This document shows positions 1 to 12,100 of a DNA stretch of 64,000 bases, piece by piece. Every line of letters begins with the position of its first letter. The stretch's first letter is position 1. Source of the DNA: Ophelia neglecta. Taxonomy: Eukaryota. The translations under genes and the position numbers were made by a program. The notes beneath the pieces were generated by a model. That model had not been told where the DNA came from. It ran no database searches and saw only the letters and a program-made list of their open reading frames with translations. The stretch lies in the NCBI GenBank assembly GCA_965285935.1, contig OZ260665.1:27714001-27778000 (forward strand), in the 5' to 3' direction.

Positions 1-41
1 ATTGTCTAGATGATATATTTATTAGTACACAATCTACTTAC

Positions 42-185
42 ATCTATATTGCCTACTGTTCCCTCTCTCCTGACTATAGGGAAGGTGAGCGTCCTCATCC
101 CTGAGGCAGGCTCCTCAAATGTCCTCTCCACCTGAGCAAGGCCTTCAAATCGCACAATACCATTGGGGTGCCCAAACTTGGCAAC
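42..185 (-). CDS. ADGRV1: ADGRV1 window exon 50
   Basis: VAKFGHPNGIVRF..RREGTVGNID|gtaagt. Confidence 0.86.
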
Positions 186-3100
186 CTACACCAATAATAC
201 ACCACAGAACTATTAATAATTACAACTTACAGGAGTGTATTAACAATACCAATACACTGAAAACAAATCGTTTGAAGAGTTACATTGACAAGGAACTGGC
301 TAATATTTTTTTTTGGCAATTTTTTTTTTCTGAAGGTAAAGAGAGCTTCAAAGTTCAAACAGAATGGGTGAAAAATATAGTTTATTGTAGCTAGTGTCAA
401 TAAATCTGTTCAGTGGTGGCTTTATATCTGTTAACATTAATATTATACATGTGCAAGATCAATTTTGACCATCATGGAACATACCTCATATTACCCTGCT
501 TACACAGATTTCTTTACAATATATTATAACTGACAAATGATACCAAAGCACACTATTTCAGCTAGAAGGTGTAGACTGGTCAGATTATCAATGTTACCCA
601 CCAGATACTCTATACCAGTACTTACAATAAGAGTAAAGTTGCCAGACGTCTTGCTCGCCTCCCCACTCCCCGAATTGGCTGGGAATCCCTGAATGTCATA
701 GATTGTCACTGCAAACGTCTTGGCCACCTAGGATCACAGAAATCACACATTAGACACATTAAGGAACCTTTATGACAAAACAAACTACAATCTTTGATGA
801 ATAAATTATTTTATTATAATGAGAAAGGGTTTTATAAAAACATCATAAACATAAATACATGTCAACTAGTTTGAATGTACATGTAGAATAAAATGTAATG
901 TATGCAGGCAGAATTTACTGGTAAAAAAACATGTCACAGTAGAAATATTGAATGTGAAATAAAAGTTCAGGCTGTTTAACAGGTTAAAAGCTACTTAGCA
1001 CAATATCGGGTTGATGTACTGGTAAAAAGGTCTAAATAAAATTGGTAAACAACTAAAAGCCAGTGTGCCAAGCAGGAGAACACTGGAAAAATTCTCCCAT
1101 GCAGTGGCTTTTGTGCAAGAACAAGAGGTTTTTCTACAAATAGTACATCCCCCCATCCTCTGTCCCTCTCAGCCCGTTTCCATCAAGACCAGTGGTCCTG
1201 TCCTCTCTCAGCCTGCCCCTACCTCCCTCCCTACCTACCCAGTGTACTAGAGATACCTACCTCCCATCCTGTGTGGGGTTTGACTGTCAGAGAGAAGGAC
1301 TGCTGTCCCCCTGAGATACCTACCTCCTACCCTGGGAGGGGTTTGACTGTCAGAGAGAAGGACTGCTGTCCCCCTGAGATACCTACCTCCTACCCTGGGA
1401 GGGGTTTGACTGTCAGAGAGAAGGACTGCTGTCCCCCTGAGATACCTACCTCCCATCCTGTGTGGGGTTTGACTGTCAGACAGAAGGACTGCTGTCCCCC
1501 TGAGATACCTACCTCCCATTCTGTGTGGGGTTTGACTGTCAGAGAGAAGGATTGCTGCCCCCCTGAGATACCTACCTCCCATCCTGTGTGGGGTTTGACT
1601 GTCAGACAGAAGGACTGCTGTCCCCCTGAGATACCTACCTCCCATCCTGTGTGGGGTTTGACTGTCAGAGAGGACTGCTGTCCCCCTGAGATACCTACCT
1701 CCCATCCTGTGTGGGGTTTGACTGTCAGAGAGAAGGACTGCTGTCCCCCTGAGATACCTACCTCCCATCCTGTGTGGGGTTTGACTGTCAGAGAGAAGGA
1801 CTGCTGTCCCCCTGAGATACCAACCTCCCACCATGTGTGGGGTTTGACTGTCAGAGAGAAGGACTGCTGTCCCCCTGAGATACCTACCTCCCATCCTGTG
1901 TGGGGTTTGACTGTCAGAGAGAAGGACTGCTGTCCCCCTGAGATACCTACCTCCCATTCTGTGTGGGGTTTGACTGTCAGAGAGAAGGACTGCTGTCCCC
2001 TGAGATACCTACCTCCCATCCTGTGTGGGGTTTGACTGTCAGAGAGAAGGACTGCTGTCCCCCTGAGATACCTACCTCCCATCCTGTGTGGGGTTTGACT
2101 GTCAGAGAGAAGGACTGCTGTCCCCCTGAGATACCTACCTCCCATCCTGTGTGGGGTTTGACTGTCAGAGAGAAGGACTGCTGTCCCCCTGAGATACCTA
2201 CCTCCCATCCTGTGTGGGGTTTGACTGTCAGAGAGAAGGACTGCTGTCCCCCTGAGATACCTACCTCCCATCCTGTGTGGGGTTTGACTGTCAGACAGAA
2301 GGACTGCTGTCCCCCTGAGATACCTACCTCCCATCCTGTGTGGGGTTTGACTGTCAGAGAGAAGGGCTGCTGTCCCCCTGAGATACCAACCTCCCATCCT
2401 GTGTGGGGTTTGACTGTCAGAGAGAAGGGCTGCTGTCCCTCTGAGACACCTACCTCCCATCCTGTGTGGGGTTTGACTGTCAGAGAGAAGGACTGCTGTC
2501 CCCCTGAGATACCTACCTCCCATTCTGTGTGGGTTTGACTGTCAGAGAGAAGGACTGCTGTCCCCCTGAGATACCTACCTCCCATCCTGTGTGGGGTTTG
2601 ACTGTCAGAGAGAAGGGCTGCTGTCCCCCTGAGATACCAACCTCCCACCATGTGTGGGGTTTGACTGTCAGAGAGAAGGACTGCTGTCCCCCTGAGATAC
2701 CTACCTCCTACCCTGGGAGGGGTTTGACTGTCAGAGAGAAGGACTGCTGTCCCCCTGAGATACCTACCTCCCATCCTGTGTGGGGTTTGACTGTCAGAGA
2801 GAAGGGCTGCTGTCCCCATGAGATACCTACCTCCCATCCTGTGTGGGGTTTGACTGTCAGAGAGAAGGACTGCTGTCCCCCTGAGATACCTACCTCCCAT
2901 CCTGTGTGGGGTTTGACTGTCAGAGAGAAGGGCTGCTGTCCCCCTGAGATACCAACCTCCCATCCTGTGTGGGGTTTGACTGTCAGAGAGAACGATTGCT
3001 GCCCCCTGAGATACCTACCTCCCATCCTGTGTGGGGTTTGACTGTCAGAGAGAAGGGCTGCTGTCCCTCTGAGATACCTACCTCCCATCCTGTGTGGGGT

Positions 3101-6100
3101 TTGACTGTCAGACAGAAGGACTGCTGTCCCCCTGAGACACCTACCTCCCATCCTGTGTGGGGTTTGACTGTCAGAGAGAAGGACTGCTGTCCCCCTGAGA
3201 TACCTACCTCCCATCCTGTGTGGGGTTTGACTGTCAGAGAGAAGGACTGCTGTCCCCCTGAGATACCTACCTCCCATCCTGTGTGGGGTTTGACTGTCAG
3301 ACAGAAGGACTGCTGTCCCCCTGAGATACATACCTCCCATCCTGTGTGGGGTTTGACTGTCAGAGAGAAGGGCTGCTGTCCCCCTGAGATACCTACCTCC
3401 CATCCTGTGTGGGGTTTGGCTGTCAGAGAGAAGGACTGCTGTCCCCCTGAGATACCTACCTCCCATCCTGTGTGGGGTTTGACTGTCAGAGAGAAGGACT
3501 GCTGTCCCCCTGAGATACCTACCTCCCATCCTGTGTGGGGTTTGACTGTCAGACAGAAGGACTGCTGTCCCCCTGAGATACATACCTCCCATCCTGTGTG
3601 GGGTTTGACTGTCAGAGAGAAGGGCTGCTGTCCCCCTGAGATACCTACCTCCCATCCTGGGAGGGGTTTGACTGTCAGAGAGAAGGACTGCTGTCCCCCT
3701 GAGATACCTACCTCCCATCCTGTGTGGGGTTTGACTGTCAGAGAGAAGGGCTGCTGTCCCCCTGAGATACCTACCTCCCATCCTGTGTGGGGTTTGACTG
3801 TCAGAGAGAAGGGCTGCTGTCCCCCTGAGATACCTACCTCCCATCCTGGGAGGGGTTTGACTGTCAGAGAGAAGGACTGCTGTCCCCCTGAGATACCTAC
3901 CTCCCATCCTGTGTGGGGTTTGACTGTCAGAGAGAAGGACTGCTGTCCCCCTGAGATACCTACCTCCCATCCTGTGTGGGGTTTGACTGTCAGAGAGAAG
4001 GGCTGCTGTCCCCCTGAGATACCTACCTCCCATCCTGTGTGGGGTTTGACTGTCAGAGAGAACGATTGCTGCCCGCCTGTATTGGCTGCCCAGACCAGGA
4101 ACCCCTCGGTTTCTTCCCTTCCTTCAGCATTGTAGAAGCTCACATCGTTGGTCTCCTCTAACTTGCGGTTGGGGTTGTTGGGGCCCATTATACGCCAGCG
4201 CAGCTATGGAGGTGGTGGAAAACAGAATGAGTCAAATGTAATAGAGGCCACTGTCAAATTCCAATGGTAGATATTGGCCTCAGCAATATGGATGAAAATC
4301 AGGCTCAACTGTAATTTCTCTAATTATTCATACACTTTTTTAATTCATACACTTCAGTTTACCATTATTTTAATTTCATTTAAACCTCTAATTATTAGTA
4401 CACTTATAAGATACCCCATTATGGCAACTATAAAAACTAGCAGTCAAAATAGTAATAATTTTGTTTTGCCTCTAATTATCATATTCCTTGAATTTAATAT
4501 AATTTTCGGTGTCTGAAATATTACAGGAATTACAGTATATGCGCTATTCATGGAAGGATTCCATATATCTTGCAAAGTGATATACAGACACCTAGTTCAT
4601 GTATAGATCAAGCATATTTTTTTAACCCTCTTATGAAATTTGACCAAATAAGTTATTTTCTTTTTGAACATTCTTAATTGGCAGCAGATTTTATCTATAT
4701 TGTTATATATAATTTATCTATATTATTATCATGTGTATCATCTTTCTATAATACAGTGAAACCTTTGAATTAAGACCACCAAAGGGACAGAAAAATGCTT
4801 GTCAGATTTTATAGTTGGTCTGTTTGGACAGGTTATTTAACATTGAAAGTATTAATCAAAGGCCTTATATTGGTGGCCTGAACTGACAGGTGGTCTGATT
4901 ATAGAAGTGGTCTTTAAGGCAGGTTTCACTGTACTTCAAACTTGAGTATTTGAGGGACATCCATGCCCACCTAGCCTGTTAATATAGTGTATTAGTTTTG
5001 CCCTACCGTTTGACTGCCGAGCAGGCCTCCACTCCTCTCTATGGTCAGTGTTATCGTGGTGGTGGTGTCAGGGTTAGGGATGGTGACCAGAGTCTGACCC
5101 ACAAATGAGAACTTGCCGTTGGGGTAATCAGACTTGGCGATGGTCACCACGGAGGTCAGCTCCTTACCAAGGACGGCACCACCTGTAACACACACAGAGA
5201 ACTGGATTGGATGTTTGGGAATTTAATCAACTGCACAACTCACTTGCTGGTAATTTACTTTCCAGCAAACAGAAACAAGATATTATTTTGCTGGTGTGTG
5301 ACACCATTTAACATGTGTTTCTAATAATCATACTTTAATTGAGCCAGGCAAGAACATTGTCTGATTCCAGTTACAAAATATAGTAGGATACAAGTACATG
5401 TATATACCTGACTAGCTGGGAGTGATAACCAACCTAAAATACCAACATTCTAACTTAAAACTTGATGGGGGCTTTAACAGATGGCATAATGGAAGGTTTA
5501 ATTCAGTTTCCATAATTGAAGTTGCAATTTCTGGAAGTATTTGAAGTTCTACAATAATAAAACTACACAATTGACAGCAGGAAAACAGATTTTCACCATA
5601 CAGTAGAGTGAAGTCTGTGAATTAAGACCACCAAAGGGACTGGAAAATTCTGGTCAGATTTTGGAGGTGGTCTGTTTAGACAGGTTATTTAACGTTAAAG
5701 GCTATAGAATGGTTTTTATGTTATTGTCCTCAATTGACAGGTGGTCTGATTATAGAGGTGGTCTTTCACTGTATATGTCAAAGACTGACCCACAGGAATA
5801 ATTTGGAACATACAAAAGTATTATGCTAAGATGAACAGGGCGGTCTCACCTCTTGTGTCAGTTAATTTCACCATGAACTGTTCTGTAAATTCCATTTCCA
5901 TGTCGTCTATGATGGTGACATTGATGGTGGACCTTGCCACTCCGTCGGGGATGATGATCTCGCCGGCATACAGGATGTAGTCCACGTTGGAAGTGGCAGA
6001 TATGTCCTCAGCTCGGTATCGGACAGCCACATCACCAAACATCCCCGGTCCTCTGATCACTGGGATGGCTGCCACTCCCACGTCCTCGTACGCTAGGACC

Positions 6101-9100
6101 AGCAATTAAACAACACAAGTGTCATAGAATAATATAAGACTCCCATTTAATAGGTAAAGATCATGACATTAAATATTTGGGGGCAGACAGGATAATGGAG
6201 GAGACAGAATGGGTTATCTGAGTGATTAATTACCAATGAAGTTGAGTGCCTCCTCGGGAAATTCCACAAAGCCCTCAGCGTTGTCGTTTTTATCTATAAC
6301 GATGGTCTTGGCCGCCTGAGGGCCGACTGCTGGGGCCTGGTCCAGTCTTAGACCAGATATCAAGGTGTAGTTGTTTGACCTGGAATAGAATCAGATAAAA
6401 GGTGGTAACTACATATAGTAGAAATACCATATACAATACCCAGACTCTGCAGAGCATTATGGTAGATAGAAACATCATTCTGTATTCTTTAGAATAAATT
6501 ATCATTTAAACATTGCCAAAAAGACAAAATATGGCTCTCCTGATAATCCAAATATTAATCTAGAACCATATATCTCATATACACAACTAAATTCATAGAG
6601 ATTACCACGTGAAGAGTAAGTTGTTTCTATTGAGGGCTTATACAGCAGCTCACTAGGGGGCTTTTGATTTAACATGTCTAACCACTTACACAGGGACCAG
6701 CAGTTCACTAGGGGGCTTTTGATTTACAGTGTCTAACCACTTACACAGGGTACAGCAGTTCACTAGGGGGCTTTTGATTTAACATGTCTAACCACTTACA
6801 CAGGGTACAGCAGTTCACTAGGGGGCTTTTGATTTAACATGTCTAACCACTTACACAGGGTACAGCAGTTCACTAGGGGGCTTTTGATTTAACATGTCTA
6901 ACCACTTAAACAGGGTACAGCAGTTCATTAGGGGCTTTTGATTTACGGTGTTTAACCACTTACACAGGGTACAGCAGTGCACTAGGGGGCTTTTGATTTA
7001 ACATGTCTAACCACTTACACAGGGTACAGCAGTTCTCTAGGGGGCTTTTGATTTACGGTGTTTAACCACTTGCACAGGGTACAGCATTTCATTAGGGGCT
7101 TATGATTTAACATGTCTAACCACTTACACAGGGTACAGCAGTTCACTAGGGGGCTTTTGATTTAACATGTCTAACCACTTACACAGGGTACAGCAGTTCA
7201 TTAGGGGCTTTTGATTTACGGTGTCTAACCACTTACACAGGGTACAGCAGTTCACTAGGGGGCTTTTGATTTACGGTGTTTAACCACTTGCACAGGGTAC
7301 AGCAGTTCATTAGGGGCTTATGATTTAACATGTCTAACCACTTACACAGGGTTCAGCAGTTCACTTGAGGGCTTTTGATTTATCATGTCTTACCACTTAC
7401 ACAGGGTACAGCAGTACACTAGGGGAGGCTTTTGATTTAACATGTCTAACCACTTACACAGGGTACAGCAGTTCACTTGAGGGCTTTTGATTTACGGTGT
7501 CTAACCACTTACACAGGGTACAGCAGTTCACTTGGGGGCTTTTGACTTAACATGTCTAACAACTTACACAGGGTACAGCAGTTCACTAGGGGGCTGTGAT
7601 GTAACATGTCTAACAACTTACACAGGGTACAGCAGTTCCACTGCTGTGATGTTGACAAAGAACCTCTCAGGGCCTTCAGCAATAACGTCATCCACTATGT
7701 TAATAACCACTGTCTGGCGCGCTTGGCCGCTGGAAAACGTCATTGCTCCAGACGATGCCCTGAAGTCAGGCGGGTCAGAGAACGAGGTGGCAGTCCCGGA
7801 GGAGGTAGTGTATAGAACACGGACCTGTCCGTCTAGGCCGTAATTCCGGACTACTGGTACTGTCACCTGAAAATAACAATTAAACAGATGTCAACTTCAC
7901 TCTAATAAATGTCTGGGAAGAAACTGGGCAGAAAAACATTAATTACTTAATAGGATTAATAATGATTAATTATATACCAAACTAAGGAGAGGTCCACTTA
8001 CTGATGTATGATCTTCCTGTACTACTATCTCTGATGGCTGAGTGAATTCAAACAGGCCATGTGGGTAGTCACTGGCCACAATGGTAATGTCTACCGTCCG
8101 CGCAGACATGTCGATGGTGGCTCCTCCATTGGCAGAAGTCAGCTCTAGTGTATACTTCTGGCGCAGCTCAGGAATGCTGTCGTCTCCTGCCTGCAGGGAC
8201 AGAGATATAGTAGTACATAGTAAGTATAAGTAGTAAGTAGTATAGTAATCTAATAAACACACCTTTTCTGGAGTGTAAATGGTAAAGTCTTGAATAAATA
8301 TTGAAGTGTGCTATTATATTTCAATATAGTTTTCTGGATTGAAAGTTTTCAGTTAAAGAGTTAAATTGCTCATAACCCATCTGTCGTACAGGACTAGTGT
8401 ACTGACCGGTATAACAATGTAAGCCTCACCTTCATTACCCAGCAGTAGTGTACTGACCTGTATGACAATGTAAGCCTCCCCTTCATTACCCAGCAGTAGT
8501 GTACTGACCTGTATGACAATGTAAGCCTCCCCTTCATTACCCAGCAGTAGTGTACTGACCTGTATGACAATGTAAGCCTCCCCTTCATTACCCAGCAGTA
8601 GTGTACTGACCTGTATAACAATGTAAGCCTCCCCTTCATTACCCAGCAGTAGTGTACTGACCTGTATGACAATGTAAGCCTCCCCTTCATTACCCAGCAG
8701 TAGTGTACTGACCTGTATGACAATGTAAGCCTCCCCTTCATTACCCAGCAGTAGTGTACTGACCTGTATGACAATGTAAGCCTCCCCTTCATTACCCAGC
8801 AGTAGTGTACTGACCTGTATGACAATGTAAGCCTCCCCTTCATTACCCAGCAGTAGTGTACTGACCTGTATGACAATGTAAGCCTCCCCTTCATTAACCA
8901 GCAGTAGTGTACTGACCTGTATGACAATGTAAGCCTCTCCCTGCATGTCCTCAAACACCACCTCCCCAGAGGTCTGGAGGAAGGCTGTCAGGTCTCTCTT
9001 CAGGATCTGCCAAGTCACCTTCACCTCTCCATACACCCCAGGCGCTCGCGCCAACTGGATCTCAGCCCTACACAGATAAGTATAACATCAGCATGGGGAA

Positions 9101-12100
9101 TATAAACATACAGTACAGGAAATTATGTCTGCCATACAACAGGGGCTTACTAGCACAATCTGGATCTCAGATCTGACAAATCTTAATTATAGACACTTTG
9201 CTTACCTGTGTCACTACTAATGGAATCGTATCCAGGAGGTAAAAGGTTTAAAGAAAACTAACTCTTATATATGGAAATTATCAAAAACTAACTGCACATG
9301 AACTGATCCCTTAATGTCTTGATTAAGACTCGAGACTGGTACCTTTAGCTCCCCGAGAGATCAAACTTACATTCCGTCGTATCCGGCAGTGGGCTCCCCC
9401 ATAACCAGTCTACGATAGCCGGGGGTGATGGACACGGTGCCACCGGCCCCTGGGTCAGGCAGGATTACCACGGTGGCATCCCCCTCTGTGGGGCTGATTA
9501 TAGCGTTGTTGTCAACGGCGACCAGGGAGACCGTGAATGTCTCCTGGCCCTCCAGCTGGTTGTCTGGCTTGGTTACTAAGGTGATCTGTTTACGGGACTC
9601 TCCCTACAAACAGGTCAGAAAGAGAAAAATATTTACGAATCTCAGCAAAAGATATTTTTATACCAAGCATTGTTTGGATTAAATGTTCTTTTCAACAATG
9701 TGAATTATTATACTAGTGTACTGAAGTCTTACTACTCATGGACCAAAACCGGATTGTGCCCATTGGGGGTTCATTGAAGTCATACTACTTACAGGCCCAA
9801 ACCTGACCGCCCATGAAGGGTTCATTGTATCCATACTACTTACAGACCCAAACCTGACTGTGCCCATGAGGGGTTCATTAAATCTATACTACTAACAGGC
9901 CCAAACATGACTGTGCCCATGAGGGGTTCATTGAATCCATACTACTTACAGGCCCAAACCTGACTGTGCCCATGAGGGGCTCATTGAAGTCATACTACTT
10001 ATAGGCCCAAACCTGACTGTGCCCATGAGGGGCTCATTGAGGTCATACTACTTACAGGCCCAAACCTGACTGTGCCCATGAGGGGCTCATTGAAGTCATA
10101 CTACTTACAGCCCAAACCTGACTGTGCCCATGAGGGGTTCATTGAATCCATACTACTTACAGGCCCAAACCTGACTGCTCATGAGGGGTTCATTGAATCT
10201 ATACTACTAACAGGCCCAAACCTTACTGTGCCCATGAGGGGCTCATTGAAGTCATACTACTTACAGGCCCAAACCTGACTGTGCCCATGAGGGGCTCATT
10301 GAAGTCATACTACTTACAGGCCCAAACCTGACTGTGCCCATGAGGGGTTCATTGAATCCATACTACTTACAGGCCCAAACCTGACTGCTCATGAGGGGTT
10401 CATTGAATCTATACTACTAACAGGCCCAAACCTGACTGTGCCCATGAGGGGCTCATTGAATCCATACTACTTACAGGCCCAAACCGGACTGTGCCCATGA
10501 GGGGTTCATTGAAGTCATACACTGCGTCTGCACCGAGTCTCCAGTCGACATTGACCACTCCGTCTGTCCCTCGACGTACTATGGTCAAGGTCACTCGCCC
10601 GCTGGGGTCAAACTCTATCTGGGACTCCCTAACTGTCACCTGGCAATGGATAGACTTGTAAATTGAATGATTACATGATCTGGTACTATCAAACAGTAGA
10701 CTGTATTGTGCATTTATAAATGAAATTCACTCTACAATTGGAGTATAGAATACAATTGACTTCAATCATTTCCTTAACAAGGAAGATCTATTCAGCACTT
10801 TACCTTTCTTAATCCCTGAGGTTGCATTAGAAATAGAAAAATCAAGAAATTCTTATTAGTCTTACTATATTCATTCACAAAAACATAATCTCCATTTCAA
10901 GTTTGGCTTGGTTTTGAGAATAATTAATGTTGCTTCTTAACTAATGCTTTCATCTGCTTTTATCCACATGTAAATGACAAATTTTTCACTTTTTATATTC
11001 TTTGAACCTTAATGTGTTTACATTTGAAGGAGCTACCTGAATTGTCTCAAAGGAGAACACTCCGTTGGGGGAGTCGTTACGTAGGATTCCTACACGGACA
11101 GTTTGGTCAGAACCAATCGAGGCTCCTCCAGAGGTCACTCGGATCAACTGGACATCAAATGTCTGCAAAACACATAACATGTCAGAATACAGTAAACTTG
11201 TCATTATACCATGTCTAGGGCTTAATTACTTTCCTCAATTCCATTTGTTGACATTCTGATAATTACTGTTGTGAAGCTTGGTAATTATCATTATCTTGTT
11301 TGAAGGACACCTACATGTATATTGATCTATATGTACAATACCCAAGCCTCCAGGCTGCAAGGCTCACAAAGGAGCACAGGAGTAAGGTAAAAAGAATTGG
11401 AGTTCTTTAAAGTAGAGATACCTCACAGGGACTGTCAGACAATTCTGATGTTGATGACACCACATCATTGTGAACCAGGTGGCCTTACTGTCTTCAGCCT
11501 GGAATTTGGCTCAGCTATACTATAGTAACTCCTTTGTGAAGCCATTTTATCTCCTCTTTAATGAACCTCCCATCCTTTTTTTACCTTAAAGTGCCCCTGT
11601 ATGGCTACGAGTAGCATTTCTAGCCCGGTGGGAGACAATCAGCAGAGATCAGGTCTCAGATGATGTGATGAGCCTACTATACCTGGAGGTCCTCAGGCAG
11701 AGTGTCGTCCACTATAGTGATGACAATGAAGGCTTCCTGCTGACCCTCCTTGAACCTGACTATACCTCCGGAGGGGGTGAAGTCGTCCGTGTCCGCCTCG
11801 CGGGGACTGGCCTGCCAGGAGACCTCCACCTCCCCAAACAGGCCCACCGTACGGCTCAGCTTCAGTCTCACCTGCCCTATACCCTCGTACACGTCTACAC
11901 GGTTCTCTATGTTCTGGAATAACAAGGGGAGCACAAGCATCTCACTACAGAGATTGTCCAGAAACTCGCACATAACATCAAGCCTCTAGCAGCAAAGCTC
12001 TTACAGTAACATGTTGCATATATGGAATATTTAAAAAGGAGCCTGAATTGGAGATCATATGTCAACCTGAATAGTGTCTAGTTTAAAACTGGGTGTGTTT

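Noticed and set aside
1247-4135. Long repetitive ORFs on both strands (MGGRYLRG.., WGLTVREKDCCPPE..)
   Set aside because: By-products of a 63-bp unit that is stop-free in several frames; only the frame continuous with exon 48 has any coding rationale
8394-8954. 186-aa ORF (..RSVHYCWVMKGRLTLSY)n
   Set aside because: Alternative frame of the 51-bp array
6641-10520. Regular arrays superficially like CRISPR
   Set aside because: No unique spacers, no cas genes, eukaryotic spliced context; plain tandem repeats
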